Origin: Synechococcales cyanobacterium VAR_4_metabat_354
Lineage (GTDB): Bacteria; Cyanobacteriota; Cyanobacteriia; Cyanobacteriales; Chamaesiphonaceae
Reading direction: 5' to 3'
Assembly: GCA_031414775.1 (NCBI GenBank)
Contig: JANOQI010000048.1
Span: forward strand, 32,001 to 96,000
Length of the DNA stretch: 64,000 nucleotides
In this document: piece by piece, positions 29,857-41,151 of the stretch
Layout of the letters: every line of letters begins with the position of its first letter
Numbering within the stretch: position 1 is the first letter of the stretch
Notes under the pieces: model-generated
Databases searched by the model: none
The model's input: only the letters and a program-made list of their open reading frames with translations
What the model was told of the DNA's origin: nothing
Position numbers and translations under genes: made by a program

Positions 29857-32800
29857 CCTTCGCGGATAAGCTGGAGCAGATCGTTGGTAGAAATCTTGCC
29901 GCTCATCTCGGTACCCTCTAGCAAACTATTGGCCAGATCGCGTTTGTGTTGGTGTAAGTCTACGATCTTGTCTTCGATCGTGCCTTTAGCCACCAAGCGG
30001 TAAATGGTGACTGGCCGCAGTTGGCCGATCCGGTGCGCTCGATCGGATGCTTGATCTTCCACCGCTGGATTCCACCAGGGATCCAAATGAATTACATAGT
30101 CGGCGGCAGTAAGGTTCAGACCGGTGCCACCCGCCTTCAGACTAATTAAGAACACATCGCCTTCTCCAGCCTGGAAAGCATCCACCCGCTTTTTGCGTTC
30201 CTTGGCTGGAGTCCCACCATCTAAGTATTGATAGGAAATCTGGCGTTCTTCCAAATATTTTTTAACAATTTGGAGGTGATCGACAAACTGGCTAAAGACC
30301 AGAGCTTTATGGCCGTTATCGAGCAGCTCGGTCACGGTTTCACCAAATAACTCTAGCTTGGAACTAGCCAGATTTACCCCTGGTTTAACCAACTGGGCAT
30401 TACAACAGGCGCGGCGCAAGCGCATCAATTCGGCCAACACCTGCAAATGCTTCTGTCCGGCCTTGGCATCACTATTGGTGATTTTCTCGATCGCTTCCCG
30501 GCGCAGGGCTTCATAAAAGAGCTGTTCTTCTCTGCTGAGCTGGACATGCAGCAGAATTTCGGTGCGGGAGGGCAGCTCGGCTAACACCTGAGTTTTGGTA
30601 CGACGCAGAATGAACGGCTGAATTAGTTTTTTGAGCCTAGCTCGGGCTAATTTATCTTGATTACGTTCGATCGCATTGGCAAATTTTTGGTTGAAGTTAT
30701 CTAGGGAACCCAAAAGGCCGGGATTGATAAACTGGAAAAGATTCCACAATTCGCCCAAATGATTCTCGATCGGAGTGCCGGTAGTCAGTAATTTAAACTT
30801 ACCTTGCAGCCGCATCGCCGCTTGCGATCGCTTGGTTGCTCCGTTTTTGATCGCTTGGGCTTCATCCAAAACGATGGTCTCCCACTCCACTTCGGCCAAC
30901 ATGTCAGCGACATCTTCCTGTTGCAGTAAGCCATAACTACAAATCAGCAGGTCTAAAGGTTGGAGATTATCCAGCGTCTGTTGTCGATCGCTAATCCCTA
31001 GTTGGATCACATTTAAGGTCGGCGCAAACTTATCGACCTCCCCCAACCAATTGGTACAAACCGAAGTAGGAGCTAAAATGAGCGTAGGTCCAGCTGCGGC
31101 TCGATTCAAAATCAAGGCCAGCGCCTGTAAAGTCTTACCCAAACCCATATCATCGGCCAAGCAAGCACCGACTCCCCAGTGCGCCAGCTGAGACAGCCAC
31201 CGAAAGCCATCTAACTGATAGTCACGCAGTTCCGCTTGCAGTGTGGAAGGCAACTTTGGTTGAAAAGTCTTGAGATCCTGTAATTTCTGGACTTGGGCTT
31301 GCCAATGATGATCAGCTTCCAGATGACCAACTTCAGCAAAAACATCCTGCATCGCTAAACCAGCCAGAGGATGAAATTTCAACCCCTTGCCTTGAGGTTG
31401 CGAAAAAGCCCGTAGCTCATCTAGCTGTTTACGGAAGCTGGCCGTCAAAGCCAAAAATTCGCCATTCCCCAAGGGAATAAAGCGACTATTAGATCCGGCC
31501 AGTAAGTCCATTAGTTGGCGCATATCCAGCACTTGATCATCGTCTAGTTTCAGCTCGCCACTGGCCTCAAACCAATCGCGCTGCCGCTCAATCCGCATAT
31601 TGAAAGACTTTAAGTCCGCCCGTTGCTTAATTTTGAGCTTTTCGCCCTCTGGCCATTCCACCACCGCCAAGTCTGCCAAAGTTTGCAAATCTAGCAACAA
31701 CTCCAAACAAGCTTCTGGGTCACTAATCAGCCACTCGCTATTTTCCGACTCCCATGATTCTAAGGTTGGGCAAGCGGTGACTACCAACTTCGCCAACTGC
31801 TTTTCTTCATCTAGCGATCGAACAGTCTGAAATTTCTCGCCATCAATCTCAGCAATGACCATCACGCCCCCTTGGCCAGGCTGAAAATAAGGGCCATGCT
31901 GGTCAAATGGTCGTACCAGTACTGCTATTTTTAAACCCGCACCGGCTGGCAATAAGTGGATATGTGGCTGTGAATTAGCAGCGACGGTGTGGGCATTGCC
32001 CACGCCTCCACCAATGTCGGAATGCACTGTCACCAAACTAGCAATGCTATCGATCGCTGCCAACACCCGATCCTTTGCTTCTTCGGGAACGTTCAGTTGA
32101 GAACCCAACAAATCAGCCACCTTTTGATAATCGGCTGTTACCTCAATCACCTGAATTCTGGTAGGAGTCTCTTTCACAACTACTAATTTTTGATTTTTAG
32201 TGACACTGGGTGATAGTTGTAAAGATATACCTGTCGAGGTTTTTTGGACAAATAAGGCCGGTTCACCGCGCACGATTTCCACGGCAATGGTGGGGGAGTC
32301 AGCCCAAAAAACTAAAGGATGACCAATCAGAGCAATAATTGATTCATCGCTAAAACTATAGTCCCTGTCCCCACCGTAATAACTACTCACGTAAGTAGTC
32401 TCAATACCAGCACAAATCATAGTGTCTTGGGCGGTTAAATAATCAAAATCGGAGAGTTTAGTGAGGCGACGAATAGCGATCGGACGACCTTTACTCCAAT
32501 CTCCTTTAGCATTAATTTTTTGCTCGCGCGGCTCAATAAAATAACTATTGCTGCCATAAAAAGTAATGAACCACACCATCCTTTTGCCAGTAGCAGAAAT
32601 GGCTTTGGAATTGTTCTGAGGGGCAGCATTCAGCTGAGTGAGAGCCGTGAGACATAGTTCCCAGGGTTCTTGATAAGGAATCAAATTCACAATCGGCGAG
32701 ATTTCCAAGTCCTGTTGCAAGATATCGGCAGCTGATCGATATTTACTGTTAAGTTTCGCTAAAATTTCTGCCGCCTCCAGAGCCATCCATTGATAACCAC

Positions 32801-34031
32801 CCACAATAGCTTGTTTATATAATGGCGCGATTAACTTAGGCAGATTTTTTTTGGCGATTTCTCGATCGACCCAGCTCAGACAGAGAGCGGCCACCAACAT
32901 TTCAATGCTACTGACATACGAAAATGGTGGAATTGACATATTTAAAATCGCTGTCTTTTGGGTCATATCACCCTGCTGAAGACCAACAATACATTTCAGC
33001 CGTCCATAGCTATTTTGCAACCAATGGTCTTTTTGCTTAGACATTTGAGTGGTGTAGTCTTTGGCCTGCTGTAATGAAGTCGCAGAGCCTTCTTTAATGA
33101 GTGCAAAAATGAAAAATAAGCCTTCTAAAGTATCAAAATAACCATTGCGCTTGCCAGACAATTTGCGAAGTCCGGCTAGAGCCTGGGAAAAGTAGTCGAT
33201 CGATAGCGCATAGTCACCAGCTAAAAATTTCGCCCAACCCCAGTAAGTCAGGGTATCAAGGTTTTTCTCGAATTTTTCGAGGCAGCCGATCGCATCAGCT
33301 AAGCGCCCCCGCAACAGTAACTGGCTAATCAATAACCGTGACCTAAAGTCATTCGATTTACTAGTCAAAGCATACTTCTGCAACCAATTAAATACCTCTG
33401 TGGTTGGAGATAGTCGAAATACCGCCTCTGAAAAAATACTGTTCAGAACCAAGTCCGCTAACTCTCTATCGAACGTCTGAAATAGTTCTAAATTGAAAGG
33501 ATTGTTACAGACAGAATTAAGGATTCTGGCAAAAGAAAACTCCTGGTCGTAGTTAAATTGATTATAGTCATCTAGCTGGCGGGCGACAAAAGCAATATCA
33601 TTGCGATAAATACCAATCCGCAATTCCCGCACTAACTCGTTGCGGCTAGCAAATCGCCTGGTTCCACTATAATTATTCTTAACTGGAATATTTTTGCTAA
33701 TAACATCGACAAATTTTTTAAATTCTTGCTGCTGCAAGGTATCCCAGGTGACTGTTTCTACCATCAAAGGATGACAACTCAACTCGAACCGCCGATCTTC
33801 TACGAGTAAACCATCCTGAAGTAGTCGATCGAGATGTGGCTTAAGTTTGCCAGGTGTCAATAATTGATCTTTTGATAAGACCTGATTCAGACAAACTAGA
33901 ATATTAGTACGATTGATGGGGGCATAGATTACCGAAAACAGCCGCATCATTTTTTGCTCGATCGATGGTAGCTCTTGGTAAGCATCGATAAGCTGAGCAC
34001 GCGAGCAGCTGCCAACAGTCGAATCTTTCAT
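29853..34031 (-). CDS. SNF2-family (SF2) ATPase/helicase with long N-terminal region
   Basis: LRDYQ, LADDMGLGKT, LDEAQ, TGTPIEN, FSQF, SLKAGGTGLNL, QASDRAHRIGQ. Confidence 0.93.
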   Translation of the reverse strand: MKDSTVGSCSRAQLIDAYQELPSIEQKMMRLFSVIYAPINRTNILVCLNQVLSKDQLLTPGKLKPHLDRLLQDGLLVEDRRFELSCHPLMVETVTWDTLQQQEFKKFVDVISKNIPVKNNYSGTRRFASRNELVRELRIGIYRNDIAFVARQLDDYNQFNYDQEFSFARILNSVCNNPFNLELFQTFDRELADLVLNSIFSEAVFRLSPTTEVFNWLQKYALTSKSNDFRSRLLISQLLLRGRLADAIGCLEKFEKNLDTLTYWGWAKFLAGDYALSIDYFSQALAGLRKLSGKRNGYFDTLEGLFFIFALIKEGSATSLQQAKDYTTQMSKQKDHWLQNSYGRLKCIVGLQQGDMTQKTAILNMSIPPFSYVSSIEMLVAALCLSWVDREIAKKNLPKLIAPLYKQAIVGGYQWMALEAAEILAKLNSKYRSAADILQQDLEISPIVNLIPYQEPWELCLTALTQLNAAPQNNSKAISATGKRMVWFITFYGSNSYFIEPREQKINAKGDWSKGRPIAIRRLTKLSDFDYLTAQDTMICAGIETTYVSSYYGGDRDYSFSDESIIALIGHPLVFWADSPTIAVEIVRGEPALFVQKTSTGISLQLSPSVTKNQKLVVVKETPTRIQVIEVTADYQKVADLLGSQLNVPEEAKDRVLAAIDSIASLVTVHSDIGGGVGNAHTVAANSQPHIHLLPAGAGLKIAVLVRPFDQHGPYFQPGQGGVMVIAEIDGEKFQTVRSLDEEKQLAKLVVTACPTLESWESENSEWLISDPEACLELLLDLQTLADLAVVEWPEGEKLKIKQRADLKSFNMRIERQRDWFEASGELKLDDDQVLDMRQLMDLLAGSNSRFIPLGNGEFLALTASFRKQLDELRAFSQPQGKGLKFHPLAGLAMQDVFAEVGHLEADHHWQAQVQKLQDLKTFQPKLPSTLQAELRDYQLDGFRWLSQLAHWGVGACLADDMGLGKTLQALALILNRAAAGPTLILAPTSVCTNWLGEVDKFAPTLNVIQLGISDRQQTLDNLQPLDLLICSYGLLQQEDVADMLAEVEWETIVLDEAQAIKNGATKRSQAAMRLQGKFKLLTTGTPIENHLGELWNLFQFINPGLLGSLDNFNQKFANAIERNQDKLARARLKKLIQPFILRRTKTQVLAELPSRTEILLHVQLSREEQLFYEALRREAIEKITNSDAKAGQKHLQVLAELMRLRRACCNAQLVKPGVNLASSKLELFGETVTELLDNGHKALVFSQFVDHLQIVKKYLEERQISYQYLDGGTPAKERKKRVDAFQAGEGDVFLISLKAGGTGLNLTAADYVIHLDPWWNPAVEDQASDRAHRIGQLRPVTIYRLVAKGTIEDKIVDLHQHKRDLANSLLEGTEMSGKISTNDLLQLIREG

Positions 34032-34115
34032 GAATAGTCTTTAGAGGGTGATCTAAACAATTCTAGTCGATCGAACCAAGGCTGTTCAACCAGATCAGAG
34101 TTTGCAAGAAATGTA

Positions 34116-34189
<74 letters not shown>

Positions 34190-34243
34190 AATTTCGTCTT
34201 ATTATAGCAAGGCTACCGAAATTCTCCCAGCAAGAGTAATGAC

Positions 34244-35695
34244 ATGAATTCAGAAACAGCGGTAAAAGTAGCTCGGGAGCTATTGTTTCAGCGAGCGATG
34301 GTCGATATCAATGGCCAGTGGGGCGGCGCAGTAGCCGCTATTCCTAGTCAAAGTCAGCAATCTGGGGCAGAATCTAAGCTCAATTACAGCGAGATATTTA
34401 TTCGTGACAATGTGCCCGTGATGGCCTATTTGCTGTTGGAGGGCAAGTTTGACGCTGTCAAAAACTTTCTAACTATTTGCTTGCAACTGCAAAGTACCCA
34501 ATTCCAAACCCGTGGGATTTTCCCTACCAGTTTTGAAGAAGTTAATGGCAAACTAGTGCCAGACTATGGTCAACGGGCGATCGGACGAGTGGTATCGATC
34601 GATGCGACGCTGTGGTGGCCGATTCTTACCTGGTCTTATGTCCAGCGCTCTCAGGACTTTGAATTTGCCCGCTCTCATGCCGTGCAAGCCGGTCTTAACC
34701 GCTTCTTAGATTTAGTGCTCCATCCCGGCTTTCGCGATGCTCCCACCATCTATGTACCAGATGGAGCATTTATGATCGATCGACCGATGGATGTTTGGGG
34801 CGCACCATTAGAAATTCAAAGCTTACTCTATGGTGCCATGCTCAGTGCAGCGGGCTTGTTACAGCTCAGTATTAAAAATCAAAAGGGTCGCAGTACTGCG
34901 GCTAGTAGCCAAACCGAGCGATTAAAAGCCTGTTTGACCTGGATCAAACGCCTGCGCCGCTATATGTTAGTGCATTATTGGGTGACCAGTAAGACAGTGC
35001 AAGTGCTACGCCGTCGCCCCACCGAACAGTATGGCGAATCGATCGAGAATGAATACAATATCCAAACCGAGACAATTCCCCACTGGCTCCAGAAATGGCT
35101 AGGCAACCAAGGCGGCTATTTAATTGGCAATATTCGGACCGGCCGTCCCGATTTTCGCTTCTTCACACTAGGAAATTGCCTGGGAGCAATTTTCGATCTA
35201 ATTACTCCGAACCAGCAACTTTATTTGTTTCGGATGATTCAGAATAACCGAGCAGATTTGGTGGCCAATATGCCTTTACGGATCTGTCACCCCCCACTAG
35301 ACGATGCCGATTGGCGCAAAAAGACCGGGTTCGATCGTAAGAATCTACCATGGTGCTATCACAATGCTGGTCACTGGCCTTGTTTATTATGGTTTTTAGC
35401 AGTAGCCATTTTGCGCCATCCACAAGCTGATGCTCTAGTTGTACAAGAGGTGCGTAGCCTATTGAATGATTCTTACCAACTAATCTTGAGCCAGCTGCCC
35501 CAGCAGCAATGGGCAGAATACTTTGATGGTCCCACCGGCAACTGGCAAGGACAGCAAGCGCGCATCAATCAAACTTGGACGATCGTGGGCTTCTTATTGG
35601 TTCATCATCTATTGCACGAAGACCCGACGGCAGCCAACTTGTTAGATGTGCCCAATCTCCAAGATTTTCCCGAATTCGACAACATTAAATTATAG
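34244..35695 (+). CDS. Alkaline/neutral invertase (GH100)
   Basis: LNYSEIFIRD, PDYGQRAIGRV, DGAFMIDR, DFRFFTLGN, YHNAGHWP, WAEYFDG, QTWTI. Confidence 0.93.
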   Translation: MNSETAVKVARELLFQRAMVDINGQWGGAVAAIPSQSQQSGAESKLNYSEIFIRDNVPVMAYLLLEGKFDAVKNFLTICLQLQSTQFQTRGIFPTSFEEVNGKLVPDYGQRAIGRVVSIDATLWWPILTWSYVQRSQDFEFARSHAVQAGLNRFLDLVLHPGFRDAPTIYVPDGAFMIDRPMDVWGAPLEIQSLLYGAMLSAAGLLQLSIKNQKGRSTAASSQTERLKACLTWIKRLRRYMLVHYWVTSKTVQVLRRRPTEQYGESIENEYNIQTETIPHWLQKWLGNQGGYLIGNIRTGRPDFRFFTLGNCLGAIFDLITPNQQLYLFRMIQNNRADLVANMPLRICHPPLDDADWRKKTGFDRKNLPWCYHNAGHWPCLLWFLAVAILRHPQADALVVQEVRSLLNDSYQLILSQLPQQQWAEYFDGPTGNWQGQQARINQTWTIVGFLLVHHLLHEDPTAANLLDVPNLQDFPEFDNIKL

Positions 35696-35713
35696 AAATT
35701 TCAGGCTGAATTT

Positions 35714-35746
35714 CAAGTGCCCGAAGATCTTTGGGCACTTGCTTTT
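35714..35746. terminator. Terminator hairpin between convergent invertase and ssb genes
   Basis: CAAGTGCCCGAAG-at-CTTTGGGCACTTG followed by CTTTT. Confidence 0.7.
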
Positions 35747-35749
35747 GAG

Positions 35750-36112
35750 CTAAAACTCGCTGCCGTAATCTGGGCCACTGTTTTCTTGTTGATCGCGCTT
35801 AGAACCGAGTAAATCCAATCGATCGACTTTGATAATTGGCCGCGATCGATCACTACCAGTAGCACGGTCCGTCCAATTCTCAATTTCCAAGGAGCCTTGA
35901 ATGCCAATTAATGAACCTTTTTTAACGTAGTCTGCCGCAATTTTAGCTGTGTTACCCCAAATTTTGAGATTAAACCAGTCTGTTTGCTCATTATTTTTAG
36001 AGCGGCGATTAACAGCCATCGTCATCGTGCAGAGCACGCTCCCAGATTCGTAATACTTAATATCAGGGTCACCACCAACCCGACCGACCAGATGAACTGT
36101 ATTGAGATTCAT
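35750..36112 (-). CDS. ssb: Single-stranded DNA-binding protein
   Basis: NTVHLVGRVGGDP, TDWFNL..WG, YVKKGS, acidic tail ending in F. Confidence 0.95.
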   Translation of the reverse strand: MNLNTVHLVGRVGGDPDIKYYESGSVLCTMTMAVNRRSKNNEQTDWFNLKIWGNTAKIAADYVKKGSLIGIQGSLEIENWTDRATGSDRSRPIIKVDRLDLLGSKRDQQENSGPDYGSEF

Positions 36113-36399
36113 AATTATTAGTTTTTTGTATTATTGCGATTGCAGCTAGGATTGGATGCAGTGCATTGCTCCAACGCGCTGTAATAAGCTTGGAGTCCAA
36201 TCTAGGAGGTGCTAATTGCTGAGCTGTAATCATAACCAGTACTATCATACCAAATAATTCACTGAATTTATAGCTGGCTAGCTATGAAAGTATTCATTGA
36301 AATGACGCAACGTCAGAACACCAAATCCGCCAGCAATGATTAGAACTGCTGAGGAATGAAACTATAATTAAGAACGCCGCTTAAGTTTAATTACTGCCT

Positions 36400-37020
36400 G
36401 TGGATACTCCTCATCATTTGCCTGATTTTCCGCACATCACGACCATCAGTAGTGCTACCCAGCCACCGGAACAGCCTCAGCCGATAGCCAGGGTTCTAAA
36501 AGTTCGACCATTGCAATTAGCAGATTTAGCTAAAGCCGCAAATGTGATTAGCGATAGTTTTCAGATTGGTGCTGCTTTTGGGGGCTGGCTACGACCATTA
36601 TTTAAAATTGGTATTTACGAAGATTTGCGCAATCGACTAGATGTCCAGCCACCCGATCGGGCGGTTTGTCTGGTGGCCACAATCGGTTCCCAATCAATGG
36701 ATGTAGTCGGAACGATCGAGATTAGTGCCCGCTTGCCAATATATAATCCATCGCACCACAAACGATATCTCTATATTTCTAACTTAGCAGTAGATGATGG
36801 CTACCGCTGCTTAGGAATTGGCCGAGAATTGGTCACTCAGTGTGAATCGATCGCCAAAAAGTGGGGATTCACCGACATTTACTTACATGTCATGGCTGAT
36901 AACCTGGCTGGGAAACATTTATATGCTCGCTTGGGCTTTGAAATATTAAGCAGCGATCAACCTTGGCATATATTTCCTTGGCACCGCCCACAGAGATTAT
37001 TTCTACGTAAGCGTTTGTAG
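36400..37020 (+). CDS. GNAT family N-acetyltransferase
   Basis: YISNLAV..YRCLGIG, YLHV..N..LY..LGF. Confidence 0.88.
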   Translation: MDTPHHLPDFPHITTISSATQPPEQPQPIARVLKVRPLQLADLAKAANVISDSFQIGAAFGGWLRPLFKIGIYEDLRNRLDVQPPDRAVCLVATIGSQSMDVVGTIEISARLPIYNPSHHKRYLYISNLAVDDGYRCLGIGRELVTQCESIAKKWGFTDIYLHVMADNLAGKHLYARLGFEILSSDQPWHIFPWHRPQRLFLRKRL

Positions 37021-37082
37021 GGTCAGTTTGTTACAATGGGCACAGACTGCATTTCGGCAATCGTAGGTTCGCTGTAAAGATC

Positions 37083-37670
37083 ATGCAAGATAATTGTCGT
37101 TGCTCAGGTTGTGCTGGTATTGACCGGCGTCAGTTCCTCAAATACTTGGTTGGTACCGCATCTTTAGTTGCCATCACAGCAGTTAATGCTCTACCGGCGC
37201 AAGCTGATAAAAAATTGCCCAAAATGCCCAAAGCATTGGTACTAAGCTGCATCGATTATCGAGTGCTAGAAGCAGAACGATATTTCTTGTCGTTACAAAA
37301 TTTGGGTAACCTTTATGACATGACGGCTCTAGCTGGCTCCTCGCTGGCTTTGAGTGGGGTGCCACATCAAGCCGATGCCATGGCTTTTTGGGATCAACTA
37401 GATATTTCTTACCGACTGCACCATATTAAGAAAGTGATTATCTTAGATCATCAAGACTGTGCCGCTTTCGCCTACAAGATCAATCCTCAACTCAGCGACG
37501 ATCCCAAATTAGAGTTGCAGACCCACCAAGAATCCATGAGTCGGGCGTATTGGGCAATTCGGGATAAATATCCAGATCTGAATATCGAACTATATTTTGT
37601 CAGCTTAAATGCTGATGTGAAGTCAATAGAACCCCTCGCTAAACCATCGGCAGCCACCAATACAGCTTAG
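37083..37670 (+). CDS. Tat-exported carbonic anhydrase-like protein (Cys2-His Zn site)
   Basis: RRQFLK Tat motif with PAQA cleavage site; LSCIDYR (C-x-D-x-R) and ILDHQDC (H-x2-C). Confidence 0.75.
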   Translation: MQDNCRCSGCAGIDRRQFLKYLVGTASLVAITAVNALPAQADKKLPKMPKALVLSCIDYRVLEAERYFLSLQNLGNLYDMTALAGSSLALSGVPHQADAMAFWDQLDISYRLHHIKKVIILDHQDCAAFAYKINPQLSDDPKLELQTHQESMSRAYWAIRDKYPDLNIELYFVSLNADVKSIEPLAKPSAATNTA

Positions 37671-37803
37671 GTTTGATCAAGTTTCCGTCCTTAAGTTTTC
37701 GGAAACGCTAAAATTGAAGTTAAGTGTTTCAATCAGGGAATGATGTAATTAAAGCATTGCCATCATGCTGATATCTAGGTAAGAGCATCCATTATTAAAA
37801 GCT

Positions 37804-39681
37804 ATGAATCAAAGTTCTTCCGTTCGACCAACCAGCCGTCAATTAGCCCCTCTATGGCGGGTCGGTGCTGCTTTACTAGTTGCTCAAGGATCTTTATGGG
37901 CAAGTCCAGCATTGGCCATCAAAGAAGTTAAAGCCCAGGCTTACAGCTATGGAGAACTACTCAAAGATATTGATGCTAACCCGACCAAGGTTGACAAAGT
38001 CGATATCGAAGATAGCCGCCGCTTGTTGCGAGTCACCTTGAAAGGAGAAACTGGTAAGCCACGCGAAATAACTTTATTTGATAGCAAGGATGACAACAAA
38101 CAGTTATTCAATGGCACAAAGTTCTACGAGAGAATGAGCAAAAGTGGAGTGATATACGATTCTCCGCGTGTGGTAGACAATTCTGGCTGGTACAATCTCC
38201 TGCTCAATTTGTTGGTGGCTGGAGTATTGGTGGTGGCAATATCGCTAATTATCCGGCGTTCGGCTAATTCCTCTGGTCAGGCCATGAGTTTTGGGAAGTC
38301 CCGTGCTCGCTTTCAGATGCAAGCTAAGACCGGTGTGATGTTTGATGATGTGGCTGGTATTGACGAAGCCAAAGAAGAACTGGCTGAAGTTGTGACATTC
38401 TTACAACAGCCCGAAAGGTTTACCACATTAGGAGCAAAGATTCCGAGAGGAGTATTATTAGTTGGTTCTCCAGGTACTGGTAAAACAATGCTGGCGAAGG
38501 CTATTGCGGGCGAAGCGGGAGTACCTTTCTTTAGTATTTCCGGTTCGGAATTTGTGGAAATGTTTGTGGGGGTTGGTGCTTCTCGCGTGCGGGATTTATT
38601 TAAAAAGGCCAAGGAAAATGCGCCCTGTATTATTTTCATTGATGAAATTGATGCGGTCGGTCGGCAGCGCGGAGTAGGCTTAGGTGGTGGTAGTGATGAG
38701 CGGGAACAGACTCTCAATCAGCTGCTGACCGAAATGGATGGTTTTGAGGGTAATTCTGGTGTTATTGTGATTGCGGCAACTAACCGCCCAGATGTTTTAG
38801 ATACGGCGTTGCTGCGGCCTGGTCGGTTCGATCGACAGGTAACAGTAGATTTGCCAGACCTAAAGGGCCGGCTAGCAATTTTGACAGTCCATGCCCAAAC
38901 CAAGAAAATGGCTGAAGAAGTATCTTTGCCAGAAATAGCCCGGCGGACGATCGGATTTAGTGGTGCCGATTTGGCCAATTTACTCAATGAAGCGGCTATT
39001 TTCACCGCCCGTCGCCACAAGAGCGAAATTTCCATATTAGAAATTAATGATGCGATCGATCGGGTGATTGCTGGTATGGAAGGCAAGGCAGTGATGGATG
39101 GGAAGTTCAAGCGCCAGACGGCTTATCATGAAATTGGTCATGCGCTGCTGGCTACACTGATTTCTGATAATGACCCAGTGCAAAAAGTAACAGTAATTCC
39201 TCGGGGTGGGGCGATCGGCACTACTTGGTCTACCCCGCGTGAGGAAGAAGGTTTAGACAGTAAATCTAGATTAATGGCCAAAATTACGATGATCTTAGGA
39301 GGCCGAGCCGCTGAGGAGATTGTTTTTGGCGATGATGAAGTCGATACTGGCGCAGGCAGCGATATCCAGAACCTGACTCGCATTGTGCGGGCAATGGTTT
39401 CCCAAGTGGGGATGTCCAAACTGGGGCTAGTAGCTTTAGATACTGATCACAAAGAATACTCCGAAGATATCGCCGCTCAGATCGATCGAGAAATGAGATC
39501 GATCATCAAACAGTGTCATCAAAAAGCCCGGCAAATATTAGAACAGCATCGCTGGCTAATGGATATTTTAGTAGATATACTAATTGAACAGGAATCGATC
39601 AATGGTGAAGAGTTTCGGCAAATTGTCGATCGATCGCTAGCCCAACATTCCCAACCAACTCCTGTGGTCGGGGCGATCTAA
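37804..39681 (+). CDS. ftsH: ATP-dependent zinc metalloprotease FtsH
   Basis: [19 protein letters not shown] pore loop, [18 protein letters not shown]. Confidence 0.96.
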   Translation: MNQSSSVRPTSRQLAPLWRVGAALLVAQGSLWASPALAIKEVKAQAYSYGELLKDIDANPTKVDKVDIEDSRRLLRVTLKGETGKPREITLFDSKDDNKQLFNGTKFYERMSKSGVIYDSPRVVDNSGWYNLLLNLLVAGVLVVAISLIIRRSANSSGQAMSFGKSRARFQMQAKTGVMFDDVAGIDEAKEELAEVVTFLQQPERFTTLGAKIPRGVLLVGSPGTGKTMLAKAIAGEAGVPFFSISGSEFVEMFVGVGASRVRDLFKKAKENAPCIIFIDEIDAVGRQRGVGLGGGSDEREQTLNQLLTEMDGFEGNSGVIVIAATNRPDVLDTALLRPGRFDRQVTVDLPDLKGRLAILTVHAQTKKMAEEVSLPEIARRTIGFSGADLANLLNEAAIFTARRHKSEISILEINDAIDRVIAGMEGKAVMDGKFKRQTAYHEIGHALLATLISDNDPVQKVTVIPRGGAIGTTWSTPREEEGLDSKSRLMAKITMILGGRAAEEIVFGDDEVDTGAGSDIQNLTRIVRAMVSQVGMSKLGLVALDTDHKEYSEDIAAQIDREMRSIIKQCHQKARQILEQHRWLMDILVDILIEQESINGEEFRQIVDRSLAQHSQPTPVVGAI

Positions 39682-40058
39682 TGTTCGAGATTTTCCCCTT
39701 TACCTTTGTGATCCACCCCCAGCAAATAGCTGGCACTGCCCTCTGGTCGGTGGCCTGCTACTGGACTTTCTCGCCATTAAACGACTGGTTTATGTGGCGA
39801 TTACAGCAGTGGTTTAACTTTGCAGAACGCTCTCTTTACACCTCAGAAAAAGAGTTTGAGCGCACGCGGGTCGGGAGAGAATCGCAAAATGCTTTTTTTG
39901 CCTCCATGTTAAGCATCGTGCCCTTTTTGCTCATGGGTAGCGTGTTGCATTACCTGATCGAAATTTCTTTGGGAGCCAGCTGGCCAATTAGCCTGGGCAT
40001 CATGGGCTGTGTCCTAGGAGGAATTTATGAACTTGGTAGGCAACAGAGTGCAGAATAG
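39681..40058 (+). CDS. Conserved cyanobacterial membrane protein
   Basis: WFNFAERSLYTSEKEFERTR..RESQNAF motif, TM helices, YELGR. Confidence 0.75.
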   Translation: MFEIFPFTFVIHPQQIAGTALWSVACYWTFSPLNDWFMWRLQQWFNFAERSLYTSEKEFERTRVGRESQNAFFASMLSIVPFLLMGSVLHYLIEISLGASWPISLGIMGCVLGGIYELGRQQSAE

Positions 40059-40088
40059 GATTAGGAAACAAGGATTTATACAATTGCC

Positions 40089-41060
40089 ATGAGCAGTGAT
40101 TTTAAAGATTATTATTCGATTCTGGGCGTGGCCAAGAATTCCAACAGCGAGGATCTTAAGAAATCCTATCGGCGTTTAGCTCGTAAATATCACCCTGATA
40201 TGAATCCTGGTGATAAAAGTGCCGAAAATCGTTTTAAGGAAATAACCGAAGCCTATGAAGTGTTATCCGATGCCGATAAACGCCGCCGTTATGATCACTT
40301 TGGCCAATATGTAAATCAACCCGGTAGCAGCCGCAGTACCAGTGCATCGGCCAGTAACCGGGGCAGCTATACTCCGACCCCAGACATGGGGGGGTATGAT
40401 TTTGCCAACTATGGTAGTTTTGATGATTTTTTGAATGAATTATTGGGGCGAGCGAATAATCCTGGCAGTCGCCCAGCCGCTAATCGCCAAGAAAATACGA
40501 CCAATGTTTCTACTAGCAGCAATGGCGATCGAGAAGCGAATATTAGCCTGACTTTGCTAGAAGCATTTAAGGGCGCGGAGAAATCTTTTAATATTGGCAA
40601 CGAAAATATTAAAATTCGGATTCCTCTAGGCGCAAAACCGGGCAGTCGAGTGAGAGTACGCGGTAAAGGTGGCATCAACTCTTTTAGTAAGCAGCGCGGC
40701 GATCTGTATCTCACTATTGCGATTAAAAATAACGATTTTTTTCAATTTGAAAAAGACAATCTAATTTGTGAACTGCCCGTTAGCCCAGAAGAAGCTGTCT
40801 TGGGAGCACATATTCAAGTGCCCACTCTCGACGGGGTAGTGACGTTGAATGTACCAGCTGGAGTGCAATCAGGGCAGTCTTTACGCCTGCGCGGCAAAGG
40901 TTGGTATAACGCCAAAGGCGAACGGGGTGACCAGTTGGTAAAAGTGCAAATTGCCACACCCAAAAAAATCACCAATAATGAAAAAGAGCTATACGAAAAA
41001 TTGCGATCAATGCGCAGCTCTGATCCGCGTCATAATTTTAGCCGGGTAAAGTTCCAGTAG
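40089..41060 (+). CDS. DnaJ class II co-chaperone (CbpA-like, no zinc finger)
   Basis: J domain with HPD, EAYEVLSD; C-terminal LRLRGKG..GDQLV; no CxxCxGxG repeats. Confidence 0.92.
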   Translation: MSSDFKDYYSILGVAKNSNSEDLKKSYRRLARKYHPDMNPGDKSAENRFKEITEAYEVLSDADKRRRYDHFGQYVNQPGSSRSTSASASNRGSYTPTPDMGGYDFANYGSFDDFLNELLGRANNPGSRPAANRQENTTNVSTSSNGDREANISLTLLEAFKGAEKSFNIGNENIKIRIPLGAKPGSRVRVRGKGGINSFSKQRGDLYLTIAIKNNDFFQFEKDNLICELPVSPEEAVLGAHIQVPTLDGVVTLNVPAGVQSGQSLRLRGKGWYNAKGERGDQLVKVQIATPKKITNNEKELYEKLRSMRSSDPRHNFSRVKFQ

Positions 41061-41151
41061 GGTGCAAGAAGCTCCAGGGGTAAGTGCAGCTTTTCGACAA
41101 TTGGAGCGCCAGCCAATAAAATAGAGCTAGTTGTTCAGGGGTCTGTTTCTC

